Assembly (NCBI GenBank): GCA_038214755.1
Contig: JBBQRQ010000007.1
Coordinates: forward strand, 21,298-85,297
Source: Verrucomicrobiota bacterium
GTDB lineage: Bacteria > Verrucomicrobiota > Verrucomicrobiia > Limisphaerales > CANJXF01
Length of the DNA stretch: 64,000 nt
Direction: 5' to 3'
The notes under the pieces were generated by a model, which was not told the origin of the DNA, made no database searches, and saw only the letters and a program-made list of their open reading frames with translations. Made by a program: the position numbers and the translations under genes. Numbering within the stretch: position 1 is the first letter of the stretch; every line of letters starts with the position of its first letter. This document shows, piece after piece, positions 11,156-21,061 of the stretch.

Positions 11156-12466
11156 TTACGTTAGCCTCAAAAATCCGTTGTGGCAGACCGATGTTTTTAA
11201 GGACTTAGCTGGGTTTCCTCGTTGCAGCGCCTTAGCGATAAAAGCAAAAGCCTGATCTGCCGCATGAAGATAATTTACAATATCCTGTTTACGATGCGCC
11301 AAAGATGCATACAACGCGGTGGTCGCAAGAAAACCTTGACTGAGCATCTCCTGGGTAAAGAGGGTCTTTAAGACCAGCGGATCTTTGTCATCAAAACTAA
11401 AATGCGCCAGCGGATTCATCCCGGAAACCGTGATTCTTAAACCATGCCGAAGAGCTAGCTTTTGCCATCCGGCTTTAACGGTCTCTCCGATGGAATCAAG
11501 GTGCGCCGGAACGTTTTGCGCTTTCAATTTCTTAATGGTGGCCAAGGCCGCCACGGGGCCGATGCGCTCGGTCCAATAAGTACTGCTGATAAAAGAACTT
11601 TCGGCCGCTCTCATTACCTGGCGACGTCCGATAATTGCGGCCATGGGATAACCATTGCTCATCCCCTTGGCAAAAACAGCAATGTCAGGTTCTACTTTAA
11701 ACTTCAAGTGTGCGCCGCCAATGGCCAGCCGCCATCCAGAAGAAACTTCGTCAAAAATTAAAACGATGCCTCGCTTTGTGGTTTCAGTACGGACCGTCTC
11801 CAAAAAACCTTTCTTAGGCTCATAATTGCGAATCGGCTCCATCACCACCGCGCCCAATTGATTTCCATGTTTTTTGATCAGCTCAAGAAATCGTTCGGTG
11901 TCGTTATAATAAAAAGGGACCGCCGTGCTTTTTAATCGGCGCGACACACCTGCGGGATTCAGGCCAGGCAAAAGATGTCCATTCAACCGTTTGTTACCAG
12001 CCAAATTGGCGGATAGATACCAATCGTGCCATCCGTGGTAACCGCAAAATAGAATATTACTTTTACCCGTATGTGCTCGGGCGATACGCACCGCAACCGT
12101 CAGAGCCTCCCCGCCAGTGCGGGCGAATCGAGCCATCTTTGCCCAGGGATGCAGCCGGCACAAAAGTTCAGCGAGCTCAACCTCCTCCGGACAGTTTAGT
12201 GTTGACATGGTCCCCTGTTCGATTGCGTTCTTGACCGCCTGATCCACGTCCGGGTCCGCATATCCTAAAATGCAGGCGCCGATGCCCATATAACTGGCGT
12301 CGGTATATTGTTTACCGTTTAGGTCCCATACGCGGCAGCCTTTGGCCTTTTGATAATAGGTCGGCCATAACCCGGGCAAATGCAGTTCGGGACGCTTACT
12401 CAAAAGCTGCGTGCCGCCGGGGATCAATTTTTTTGCTCTTGCGTACAAAGTTTGGTTTTTATCCAT
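11156..12466 (-). CDS. Class III PLP aminotransferase (glutamate-1-semialdehyde aminomutase-like)
   Basis: IPGG, AKGCRVWDLNG, GYHGWHD, LIFDEV, FAKGMSNGYP (PLP lysine). Confidence 0.9.
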   Translation of the reverse strand: MDKNQTLYARAKKLIPGGTQLLSKRPELHLPGLWPTYYQKAKGCRVWDLNGKQYTDASYMGIGACILGYADPDVDQAVKNAIEQGTMSTLNCPEEVELAELLCRLHPWAKMARFARTGGEALTVAVRIARAHTGKSNILFCGYHGWHDWYLSANLAGNKRLNGHLLPGLNPAGVSRRLKSTAVPFYYNDTERFLELIKKHGNQLGAVVMEPIRNYEPKKGFLETVRTETTKRGIVLIFDEVSSGWRLAIGGAHLKFKVEPDIAVFAKGMSNGYPMAAIIGRRQVMRAAESSFISSTYWTERIGPVAALATIKKLKAQNVPAHLDSIGETVKAGWQKLALRHGLRITVSGMNPLAHFSFDDKDPLVLKTLFTQEMLSQGFLATTALYASLAHRKQDIVNYLHAADQAFAFIAKALQRGNPAKSLKTSVCHNGFLRLT

Positions 12467-12657
12467 GAAAGGTATGTCTTATGTTTTATTCTAACGAAAG
12501 TATGGCGCCGCGAGACAATGCATCGATGGAAATTAGAACCATCGAGACGCCACATCGTCGGCACAACGCAGGGGAAAAACTGCGTCGTCGTGAGAGGCGA
12601 TAGTTAGTTACATCTTCATCATGCTTGATCGGCTACAAAAACAATAAGTGAGTAGGA

Positions 12658-14817
12658 CTACTTCGGCCGTTTCTTGAATGCCTCTTCGTTCTCTTTTTCC
12701 GTGACCTCGCTGAAGGTGCCGTTGTCCTGCCGAATCCAAAGACTTTTCCAGGCGAACTCCGCCAGCCGCATGTCGCGGCGCTGATCCATGAACGCCTGGA
12801 GCACTTTCTCGCCATCGGTTCCGAGCTTGAGCAGCGCGTTTCCCACAGGCCGATAGCCCCAGTCGGCGTCGGCGCGCTGACAGCCAGCGCCGAGCTTCGC
12901 ATAGAGATTTTTCAACGCTTCGAGAATCTTCGGACGCAGCGGGTCCAATTCCTTTGCACGGCTCGTGGCAATCACGCCCAGCGAAGTTGCGGCGCGGTCG
13001 GACACCACGGGATCGTCATTACGGGTGGCTTCGATGAGCACTTCCACGGCTTTGGGGCTGCGGGAAACGTTGGCCAGTGCCTCGGCGGCAGCGAAGCGGA
13101 CGGGGCGCTCGGAATCGTTTAGCCCCTTCGCCAAGGTCGGCACCAACTCCTCGTTCGCTGTGCGGCGGAACGTGCGCATGGCCGTGAGGCGGACCATTGG
13201 GTTCTTGCTCTCGACGGCAGCAGTAGCGAGTTCGGCGCGCGGGAACGGCTGGATTTTCGTCAGGGCGATAACTGCACTCTCTACCAGCGGATGCGTGCCC
13301 GCCCGGTCAACGGCCGCGAGCAGTTTGGCAGCGCTTTCGGGCCGATTGAGTTCGCGCAAAGCTTCCGCGGCCACGCAGCGCACGCCATTCTCGGCGTCCT
13401 CCAGACCCGCCTCGATGATCGGCAGAGCTTGCAGGTCTTTCGATTTGCCTAGCGCCAGCAGGGCCATCCGGCGGACGAGCAGGTTCGCATCTTTGGTCAG
13501 CGGCGTGAGGTCGGCGACGGTGGCCTTGGTTTTTCCGTGGATAATCTGCGAGAGCGCTTTGAGCCGTGGCACATCGTCTTTTCCCCGCAAGACATCGAGC
13601 GGCTGCGCGGGTAGGTTGGCCCGGTCGAGGTAGGCGTCGTCTTCGCCCACGGCGATCGCTGTCGCCACGCCTCGGTCGTGAAATGGTTTCCAGCGTTCGG
13701 CATGAGGACTTGAGGTGATAGCGGAGACGGAAGTCCTCGTTTGCCGCGTCAGCCAGAGCAGGTCTTCCGTCGCGTGCAACTGCATCGCGGAACTGCCATA
13801 CGCGATGAATTCGTCCACGATGCCCTCGCGCACCCAGGCCTCGAGATCGAAGTAGATGTGGCCGCCGGTCATCATCAACTCCGGCACGTTCCATGGCTGC
13901 GGGAAATGCGTCTGCCCCGGGTTGATGAACATGCCGAGCTTCTTGCCGCTCTTGGCGAGTTCCGCTTTCAGTTCGCGCAGATATTGCGTGACGTATTCGC
14001 CGCGCAACGCATACCAGTCATCGCGGCTGGCCATGCGCGTGAATGGCTTCGCGCGGATGTCGAGGCCGGTGCGTCTCTTGAACTCTTTCACGATCGGCTC
14101 ATTGAAGCCAAACTCGTCCTGGAATCGTGTGCTGAAGTTCTCGGCGTAGGTGAGAAATATCATCCCATCATAGCCGTCGCGCTTCATAAACTTCATGTGC
14201 AAATCCACCAATGCGCGTCGCGCCTCGGGATAAGCAAACTCAATCGGCCCACCTTGGCGCAGCACGCCGTGGCGGTCCATGGGCACCCATTCGGGATGCG
14301 CCAGCCGAAGGCGCGACTCGGAGTTGTGCGGGAAATCGCCAGAGCATGGCGTGTCTGCTGAACTGCCCCAATCAAACATCGTGGCGACACCCCAAATCTC
14401 CATCCCGCGCCGATGCGCCGCTTCAACTGCCGTGCGATCAGGATCGACCTCCTTGTATAGCCGGTGGCACCATTTCCACCACTCAGCGTAACGACAGTTC
14501 TCCTCACGGAAGAGAAATGTGTCCATCCAGGTTGCCTCTTCCAGTCCGCGCCAGTAAACGCGCCGCACGCCTATTTTTTCCAGCAAATTAAACGACGCCT
14601 CAATCGACGCCTTTGAATCAATCGGCAACCATGACCCGAGCCAGTGATTGTCGCCGGTACTGATGAAGCAGTCGAAGATGACGGTTTTAGATGGCGTGGA
14701 TTCGGCGGCGACCAACGGGACGACGAGCGCAAACAGCAGCAGCGCAATGATCACGCCGAGGCCGCGCAGGAAGTGGCGGCGGTTCAGGAGCCAGTTTTGG
14801 GTAAGAATGTTGCTCAT
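12658..14817 (-). CDS. Tat-signal protein with GHL10/DUF187-like TIM barrel plus C-terminal HEAT repeats
   Basis: NRRHFL signal; GVRRVYWRG...HPEW...AYPEAR...GYDG; repeated LxDxxxxVRxxAAxAL HEAT motifs. Confidence 0.75.
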   Translation of the reverse strand: MSNILTQNWLLNRRHFLRGLGVIIALLLFALVVPLVAAESTPSKTVIFDCFISTGDNHWLGSWLPIDSKASIEASFNLLEKIGVRRVYWRGLEEATWMDTFLFREENCRYAEWWKWCHRLYKEVDPDRTAVEAAHRRGMEIWGVATMFDWGSSADTPCSGDFPHNSESRLRLAHPEWVPMDRHGVLRQGGPIEFAYPEARRALVDLHMKFMKRDGYDGMIFLTYAENFSTRFQDEFGFNEPIVKEFKRRTGLDIRAKPFTRMASRDDWYALRGEYVTQYLRELKAELAKSGKKLGMFINPGQTHFPQPWNVPELMMTGGHIYFDLEAWVREGIVDEFIAYGSSAMQLHATEDLLWLTRQTRTSVSAITSSPHAERWKPFHDRGVATAIAVGEDDAYLDRANLPAQPLDVLRGKDDVPRLKALSQIIHGKTKATVADLTPLTKDANLLVRRMALLALGKSKDLQALPIIEAGLEDAENGVRCVAAEALRELNRPESAAKLLAAVDRAGTHPLVESAVIALTKIQPFPRAELATAAVESKNPMVRLTAMRTFRRTANEELVPTLAKGLNDSERPVRFAAAEALANVSRSPKAVEVLIEATRNDDPVVSDRAATSLGVIATSRAKELDPLRPKILEALKNLYAKLGAGCQRADADWGYRPVGNALLKLGTDGEKVLQAFMDQRRDMRLAEFAWKSLWIRQDNGTFSEVTEKENEEAFKKRPK

Positions 14818-14913
14818 GGTCGTGCGGGGGCAGCGTTTTTGGAATAGTTCGTTGAGCGCGAGAGATTCGACGAGCGTGGTGGAATTGGAAATCCAACATG
14901 CTCGCCATTGAGT

Positions 14914-15678
14914 TTACTTCCGAACGGATAGTGTAATTTCCAACTGATCCATGGAAATCGTGCCGGTGACCTCATTGGAAAATCCTAAAAAACAGAAGCC
15001 ATGACAGAAACTCCCCTTGAGAGCCTGATCCAGATTTGCTGGGCTTGTCGGTGTAGCCGACCAGGTTCGTTGCCAAAGAGACTCCTCGTTCGTCAGAGTA
15101 AAGGTTTGTTTAGGCCCCCAACTGCCTTGTTGAATCTGGAGCGGATGCCCCGTATAAACCCACCGTGTGCCGTTAAAAGCCCAGAAAAAGCACTTCGCGC
15201 CCTTCAAATCCAGCCCATCTCCTCGCAGGTAAACGGACACCTTGGCGTTTCGTAAGTCCAATTCTCCACGGCCAAAAGTCGTTACCTTGAACGGGACATC
15301 GCCATTCCCCCAATCCCGGTAGAGTATTTTTAATTCGGGTAAAATTAATTTTAAATTCCGGTAGAGGATGAAAGGGAAAATTATCTGAGGACTCTCCGGT
15401 GTATCAATGCGCCACCGGGAATCGTCGGCCCAAATGTGGCCAGAATTCGTGACGCCTCCAGTCTTTTCCCAGGTTACCGGATAGAACGAATTCCCGCCAC
15501 TGGCGATACCTCCATTATAGTCATAGATATACCAACCTTCCGGGCCGTTTTCAAAGCTGCTTTCCAGGGTCCGCTGTGGCTGCGCATGGGCGCAATTAAA
15601 AGAAAGCCCAATGCAAATAAGTCCCGACATGGTGGCTGCCATCTTCCGTAGTGTGATCCGGCATGTAATTTCAGCCAT
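14914..15678 (-). CDS. Secreted hypothetical protein (start uncertain, 15642-15861)
   Basis: Signal-like GLICIGLSFNCAHAQ; domain with LDLRNAKVSVYLRG resembles part of 19225-21036. Confidence 0.7.
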   Translation of the reverse strand: MAEITCRITLRKMAATMSGLICIGLSFNCAHAQPQRTLESSFENGPEGWYIYDYNGGIASGGNSFYPVTWEKTGGVTNSGHIWADDSRWRIDTPESPQIIFPFILYRNLKLILPELKILYRDWGNGDVPFKVTTFGRGELDLRNAKVSVYLRGDGLDLKGAKCFFWAFNGTRWVYTGHPLQIQQGSWGPKQTFTLTNEESLWQRTWSATPTSPANLDQALKGSFCHGFCFLGFSNEVTGTISMDQLEITLSVRK

Positions 15679-15885
15679 GCGGTTATAAGTGCGGGCGATC
15701 ACGGCACAGACATCGGCGGCTGCGACGAAGATTGGAAGCAGATGGATCGTTCTCATTTTACTTTCGTTGGATGTTGCTAATTTTTTGCCGCTCGGCGGGT
15801 GCTGTTCATTGAAACTGGTTCTTTGTTCCCTTCGTTCGCTTCTCTTGAGCCGCCCGGACAAGGTCGTCCAATTCTCAAGAAACTG

Positions 15886-16743
15886 TCATGGCTTGGTGTG
15901 TTCCGGGAAATCCTTCGCGTAGCGTCCGAGCAGCTTCGACACGTCGTTTGGCATGACGTAAATCTTGCCGCGGATTTTCTTCGTCTCGCCAGCCCGCAAG
16001 CCGCCGAGCCGAAAATCCGCATGCAGACAGCGGCCCACGCCCTGGAAAAGTTCCTGATAAGGTTCCCAGGCGGTTGCCCAAATCAGTTTCTCGTCACCAC
16101 TGAAGCAGCCGATGAGGCCGTTGCTCGGCACGAGCCGGCTGAGCGGGCGCGGATTCACATCGGTGCGCGGCACGTGTGCCGGGCACCAGACCTGGCCGGG
16201 AACGTAGCGCGCGCGCTTCGCCCAATCGCGCGTCGGCATCCGCTCCAGTTTGCCATTGAGGAACAGAAAACACTTGGGCAAATAATCATCGAGGTCTTTG
16301 CTCTTCGGATCATTGAAGCCGGTGAAGTCGCCGAGGCGCGGACACGCCTGCGCCCAATGCGCCTCGGAGCGCGTGGTGTTGGGATTGCTCGCGACGAGTT
16401 GGAAGTCCACCTCATCATCTTTCGCCGTGATGGTGTGCTCGACGATCACACCGTCGATGAGCGCGTCCTTGAGTTTGAGCACTTTTTTGTCGTCGCTCAA
16501 TGAAACGAATGCCGACGCATGCTTGATGACTGTGTGTTCGATCCAATCGGCGTCGGTCGAGCCGGCGCGACAATACGCTTCGAGGTAGTTAATGCGAATC
16601 GCGCCGCCGGGAAGCTGCGGCCCATGGACGATGAGAAAATTATTAGTGCGCGAAAGCGTGAGGCCGGTCGGTGACTCTGCTCGGACCGCTACTAAATGAA
16701 CAAACGTGGCGGCCACCGTCAGGATGCGAGAATAGTTGCTCAT
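15886..16743 (-). CDS. Conserved secreted hypothetical protein
   Basis: Signal peptide, 285-aa ORF co-oriented in the cluster (YLEAYCRAGSTD, LFQGV..CLHADFR). Confidence 0.75.
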   Translation of the reverse strand: MSNYSRILTVAATFVHLVAVRAESPTGLTLSRTNNFLIVHGPQLPGGAIRINYLEAYCRAGSTDADWIEHTVIKHASAFVSLSDDKKVLKLKDALIDGVIVEHTITAKDDEVDFQLVASNPNTTRSEAHWAQACPRLGDFTGFNDPKSKDLDDYLPKCFLFLNGKLERMPTRDWAKRARYVPGQVWCPAHVPRTDVNPRPLSRLVPSNGLIGCFSGDEKLIWATAWEPYQELFQGVGRCLHADFRLGGLRAGETKKIRGKIYVMPNDVSKLLGRYAKDFPEHTKP

Positions 16744-16810
16744 AGGTTGCTCTGGTTTGCGCCGAAACGGCCTTTCAGGAGGATTGTCTTCAGTCGAAAA
16801 AACGTTCTGT

Positions 16811-17497
16811 TCACACGACCTCCAGCATCCTCGGCCTCACGCTCCGTAACGCCTCGGCATACTTGGCGCCGCAGGCCAGCCCGCGATAGCGCGCGAGCGC
16901 CGTCTTGGAGTCTATCGCACCATTTTTTGCGGGATCAAAAGGCGCGTTCATCATGAAAGCAAAGAGGCCTCCGAGCCACTTGGTGGCAAGCGGCCATTCG
17001 TCGGTGACATCAACGTAGGTATCGGGAGTGAAGTCGATGGTGTGACTGGGGCCGTTGTCGAACCAGAAGATCTGGCTTGGAGCGCGCGCGTTCTCTTTGC
17101 CGATGAGGCGCGCAGGCTGGGTCAGAGCGGCGTGCGCGATGGCACTGGCGGCCTCGTGGTCGGGGTTGCGGTCGTGACGCCAGAGCATAAAGGCGGTATC
17201 CGGCGCAACCTCGGCGACCACTTCGGCCACGGCGCGTTTGGTGGCGAGCGTAGGCTCGAAGCCCATGCTCGCGTGCTTGAGAAAGCGCATTTCGATGCCA
17301 CACTCCTTCGCCATGTGGATGCTGAGGTCGATGAGCTGCTGCTCGCGGCTTCGCACAGGTGGCCAGTTGGTGTAGTCGCCGATGAGGTTGAGAATGACCA
17401 CGCGATAATGCTGGCGCACGGCTTTCAGGAGAACTCCGGAAATTCCGAAGGGGCAGTCATCGTAGTGGGCACCGATGGCCAGGATGCTCTTGGGCAT
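16811..17497 (-). CDS. PIG-L family deacetylase
   Basis: ILAIGAHYDD, xPDH, PDTYVDVT, YAEAL. Confidence 0.85.
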   Translation of the reverse strand: MPKSILAIGAHYDDCPFGISGVLLKAVRQHYRVVILNLIGDYTNWPPVRSREQQLIDLSIHMAKECGIEMRFLKHASMGFEPTLATKRAVAEVVAEVAPDTAFMLWRHDRNPDHEAASAIAHAALTQPARLIGKENARAPSQIFWFDNGPSHTIDFTPDTYVDVTDEWPLATKWLGGLFAFMMNAPFDPAKNGAIDSKTALARYRGLACGAKYAEALRSVRPRMLEVV

Positions 17498-17550
17498 AAG
17501 GCTTTTTATTCGGAGTCGTGACCAGTTTAAGAATCTGCTCTGGAGGGCCG

Positions 17551-19110
17551 TTACTTTCCTCCTTCGATCCCTCGGCGCAAGAGGTTCTGTGTGATCTGCT
17601 GCACGCGTTCATCCGGACCGTGAGGACGCGTCCAGTGGGTCCAGGGAAGAGTGTGACCCGGCGGAGAACTAAGACCCTGAGCCCAGAAGATTGTCGAGGC
17701 GTTGAATACGAAATTATTCTTTGGACCGGGATAGATCGTCGCAGTCCAATGCTGGGGACTGGTGCCGTTGACCCAGGCGGTGCCTTCGCCAACTACCTCT
17801 AAGCCGGGGATGTCACTTGGGGGATTGCCGTGGTATTCCCAGCCGACGAGGCCGGGAATCCGGTCACCCTTCTTCATGCCGGTTCCCTCGAAGATCCAGT
17901 TATCGGGTTTCACACAGACCCAATCACCGCCACCGTTGACTGGCTCAACGTTGCGGGCTCCGATGAGGTAGCCTTCATCGGGTCCGCGATGGGGGAAAGG
18001 CCCATGTTCTTTCTCGCGCTGCTCGGCATGCTTAGCTTGCCCGCCATACGGGCCGCCTCGAAACATGATCCGCGCAGGACGGCCATCGGTGGAAGGCTTC
18101 AATGGCGTAACCCAGCAGACGGCGTTGCCCGAGAGGAACAGCAAGTTCACGCCAGCGTCGCGCATCTTCGTGACGCTTTCATACTGGCGGATGTCCCAGT
18201 ACTCGTCGTGGCCGACGCTGATGAAGACCTTGCACTTCAGACCATGCTCCGGAGTGGTCATGTCGCTGTTGGCGCAATACGACACGTCATAGCCGTGTTG
18301 TTCCAGGAAGTAAAGGAGCGGGAACTCAAACGGCAGAAACTCGCCCGAACCAACGGTGAGCGGATCGTTGACAATGCCCTGGAACTGAGCCTCGCGCCCA
18401 TAAGGCCGGTCGAAGCTCACATCGGCCCAAGGCCCTTGGCCTCCCTTCGGGTGGGTATAGACCGAGTAATGCGTGGGCCAGCGGTTGTACGCCTGCCATG
18501 TGTTATCGGAACATTGAAACAGGATGTCAGCAGGCCGGTCGTCGCGCACGATAAACACGATGTAGCTCTGCCAGTATGAGGTCTGCTCGTCGTTGGGCAA
18601 CGTTGTCATCCGCCCCAAGTATATGCCGCTAGGCCAATCCTGAGGAATCGTCAGGCTCGTGGTCTTGTCCCATCGGCATTCGTGCAGGTCTTTCGGACCG
18701 AGCGTCGGTGTGGGCTGGGCTTTGCCTTGAAACGGTCCGAGCGTTGTCATCAACCTAGCACCTTTTCCCCCGTAGTAACCCATGCGGAAGATCTCGACCT
18801 TGAACCTCACGGGCGGGTCGGTGGAGACCATGATATCGATAGCCTCGTTTGCCTTGACGCTCTGTTTCGAGCAATAACCCTCGATCCAAGGGCAGCGGAA
18901 GCCATTGATGTCGTCCAGCCGTACGCGCGTTAATTGCCAGTCCTTCGCGCCCGCCTTGGCGTTCTCGCGCTGGAGCAGCGTCGCATCCCGCTTCGGATTG
19001 CCGGTCGTTTCCTGAGCCGAGCAACTCAGCGCCAGCAACCCCATCGCACCTATCGCCAGAAGGCCGGCGAAACTCTTGCCTCTGATCGTCACCTTAGGCT
19101 TGTTGTTCAT
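17551..19110 (-). CDS. N,N-dimethylformamidase beta-subunit-like (DUF6605) domain protein, possibly a lipoprotein
   Basis: IEGYCS, IFRMGYYGGKGAR, TWQAYN, VSFDRPY, SVGHDEYW, LVGWEY. Confidence 0.85.
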   Translation of the reverse strand: MNNKPKVTIRGKSFAGLLAIGAMGLLALSCSAQETTGNPKRDATLLQRENAKAGAKDWQLTRVRLDDINGFRCPWIEGYCSKQSVKANEAIDIMVSTDPPVRFKVEIFRMGYYGGKGARLMTTLGPFQGKAQPTPTLGPKDLHECRWDKTTSLTIPQDWPSGIYLGRMTTLPNDEQTSYWQSYIVFIVRDDRPADILFQCSDNTWQAYNRWPTHYSVYTHPKGGQGPWADVSFDRPYGREAQFQGIVNDPLTVGSGEFLPFEFPLLYFLEQHGYDVSYCANSDMTTPEHGLKCKVFISVGHDEYWDIRQYESVTKMRDAGVNLLFLSGNAVCWVTPLKPSTDGRPARIMFRGGPYGGQAKHAEQREKEHGPFPHRGPDEGYLIGARNVEPVNGGGDWVCVKPDNWIFEGTGMKKGDRIPGLVGWEYHGNPPSDIPGLEVVGEGTAWVNGTSPQHWTATIYPGPKNNFVFNASTIFWAQGLSSPPGHTLPWTHWTRPHGPDERVQQITQNLLRRGIEGGK

Positions 19111-19224
19111 AGCAACTGAGAGGGGTTTGCATTTATGATGCTGATCTGTTTAGAGAGTTCATAGGGACTTCGTAAGAAAGCTGTGAGATCAATCGACACC
19201 TTCACGACGCCTTTGGCACGTCGC

Positions 19225-21036
19225 TCACTGGCTTGCGGTTTGAAACTGGGCGTCCTCGCCATGCGATGCGCCGGTAGAATTTATGCCGACCAAACGGTAA
19301 TGAAACGTGCTACCCGGCTTCAGTCCTGAAAGCAAGGCGAACACACTCCGGGGAGTGACTTGCAGGCCGCCGTATTGTGGGGCAGTTTCCTGGCCGTAGT
19401 TGGTATCGGGTCCATACTCGAAGTGGAACTGTGTTTTTTTCCCGAGGGGGTTGAGCCGTCCTTCCACTTTAGCCGACGCGTTACGAATCCGGCTGGGCGG
19501 GCCGGTTGTAACTTGTGGTCGAGTGTCGGAGGGAATCGTAAAGATCTGGTCTGTTCCGTGACTGGTCCCGGCGGCACTGGTGGCCACCACCCGGTAGTGA
19601 TATGTTCCACCCCCCTTCAGATCGCCTATGTCCTGGTTGACGTGATACCAGTCGTCATCCGTTTGCATCACGGCTCCCGAGCCAAACAGTTCGATCTCGC
19701 CCAAGCCCCAATGTTCCGGCTTGTAGCCAGAGAGGATTCGCACGCGCGCTTGGCGGGCGGGGGCATTGAAGCCTCGTTCAAGGAGAAAGGCAAAATTGGG
19801 ACCGGACGGAGAGTTCCTGGACAACTCTTTTTTAAGCAGGGGCTTCCAAGACTGTCCGTCATTGGAGACTAGAATTTCAATTCCTTCGCTGGGCCAAACC
19901 GGATGCTGGTGGATCTGAATAGTTTGAATGATTACGGGATTGCTGAATGAATAAATGAACTCAAGCGGAGTGGTGGGAGTCGCGGCGCTGCACCACATGC
20001 GGCCCGGACCATTGCGCCAACCGTCGGTCAGCGTGGCTGGATCGTCGAGAGCGCCGGCGGGAGAACTCAACAACCTGCCTCCGTTCGACGGCAACAGTAG
20101 GGAGTAGTTGCGGTAGGCCATTTCGAAATCATCGAAGTCGATCGATCCTCTTGGTGGATTCTTCGGGTCGACATAGGCCAGCAAGTGAAAGAAATCGCAA
20201 CTCACACCAGCCAAGGAATTGTTAATCGGTGCGTAGGAATAGTTGGGTCGATTTTGTGCCAGATTGTTACCGGCGTAGGTCCAATCCTGGGAGTTGTTGT
20301 TCAATCGGTATTCGACTTTTTCCCATTTGCCGGAGTCAAGAAAATCATTAAGGCTGAAACTCGTGTAGGCCCAGTTAGCCCGCCTCCAATCGGGGCTGTT
20401 CTGCAACAACACATCGTGGTCGCTCTGCAACCACCAGAGACACTCTGTGCCGTTGGGAATCCACTGGTTGCCTCGGACACTGATCTTCACCCTGGCATCG
20501 CGGAGGTCGGGATCGCCTCCACTCAAAAAGGCATGTAGGTCGGCGGGACCCGGGTGAGTTGCGGGATAGAAGTAGCTGGCAAGATGCAAGGCGCCAATTC
20601 CATCGTCATGGTTGCGGTCGAGAGCGCTCGGCTCCGAAAATCTCACGAATCCTTTTGATGCGCCTCCCTCGGCATGATGCACCAAATCCTTCCCATTCAA
20701 GCCCCCCATCCAACCGGCGAGGCCATCATCCCAACTTTCGCCATAAAAGGCTGCGAGGCGAGGAGGAAGGGGATGTTCAGCGGTTCTGGATCCGTAGCTC
20801 GGCGTAACACCGTATTCAAAATAAGCGGAGGTGGGAAGCGTGTGAGGGTTGATTCGGCCGTTGGCGGTGAAGCCCGTTAAGCCGAGTGAACTGGCAGGCT
20901 GCGATTCCACCGTCGGGGCCTCGCCTTTTCCTCCGGCCACCCTCTTCTCATTGGCCAGGCCGACACGATCCTTGGAGGCAATATTGCCCGGGACGCCAAT
21001 GGCGAAGACACCTAATAGCATCAATACCCTTTTCAT
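19225..21036 (-). CDS. Secreted protein with FN3-like repeats and a discoidin (F5/8-like) module
   Basis: FEYGxTxxYG and L.GLKxGxTYHYR.V motifs; LTDG...WC...LVSNDG..W...LGEIELFG. Confidence 0.75.
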   Translation of the reverse strand: MKRVLMLLGVFAIGVPGNIASKDRVGLANEKRVAGGKGEAPTVESQPASSLGLTGFTANGRINPHTLPTSAYFEYGVTPSYGSRTAEHPLPPRLAAFYGESWDDGLAGWMGGLNGKDLVHHAEGGASKGFVRFSEPSALDRNHDDGIGALHLASYFYPATHPGPADLHAFLSGGDPDLRDARVKISVRGNQWIPNGTECLWWLQSDHDVLLQNSPDWRRANWAYTSFSLNDFLDSGKWEKVEYRLNNNSQDWTYAGNNLAQNRPNYSYAPINNSLAGVSCDFFHLLAYVDPKNPPRGSIDFDDFEMAYRNYSLLLPSNGGRLLSSPAGALDDPATLTDGWRNGPGRMWCSAATPTTPLEFIYSFSNPVIIQTIQIHQHPVWPSEGIEILVSNDGQSWKPLLKKELSRNSPSGPNFAFLLERGFNAPARQARVRILSGYKPEHWGLGEIELFGSGAVMQTDDDWYHVNQDIGDLKGGGTYHYRVVATSAAGTSHGTDQIFTIPSDTRPQVTTGPPSRIRNASAKVEGRLNPLGKKTQFHFEYGPDTNYGQETAPQYGGLQVTPRSVFALLSGLKPGSTFHYRLVGINSTGASHGEDAQFQTASQ

Positions 21037-21061
21037 TGAGCCAGGCAGGACCGCTATGCAC

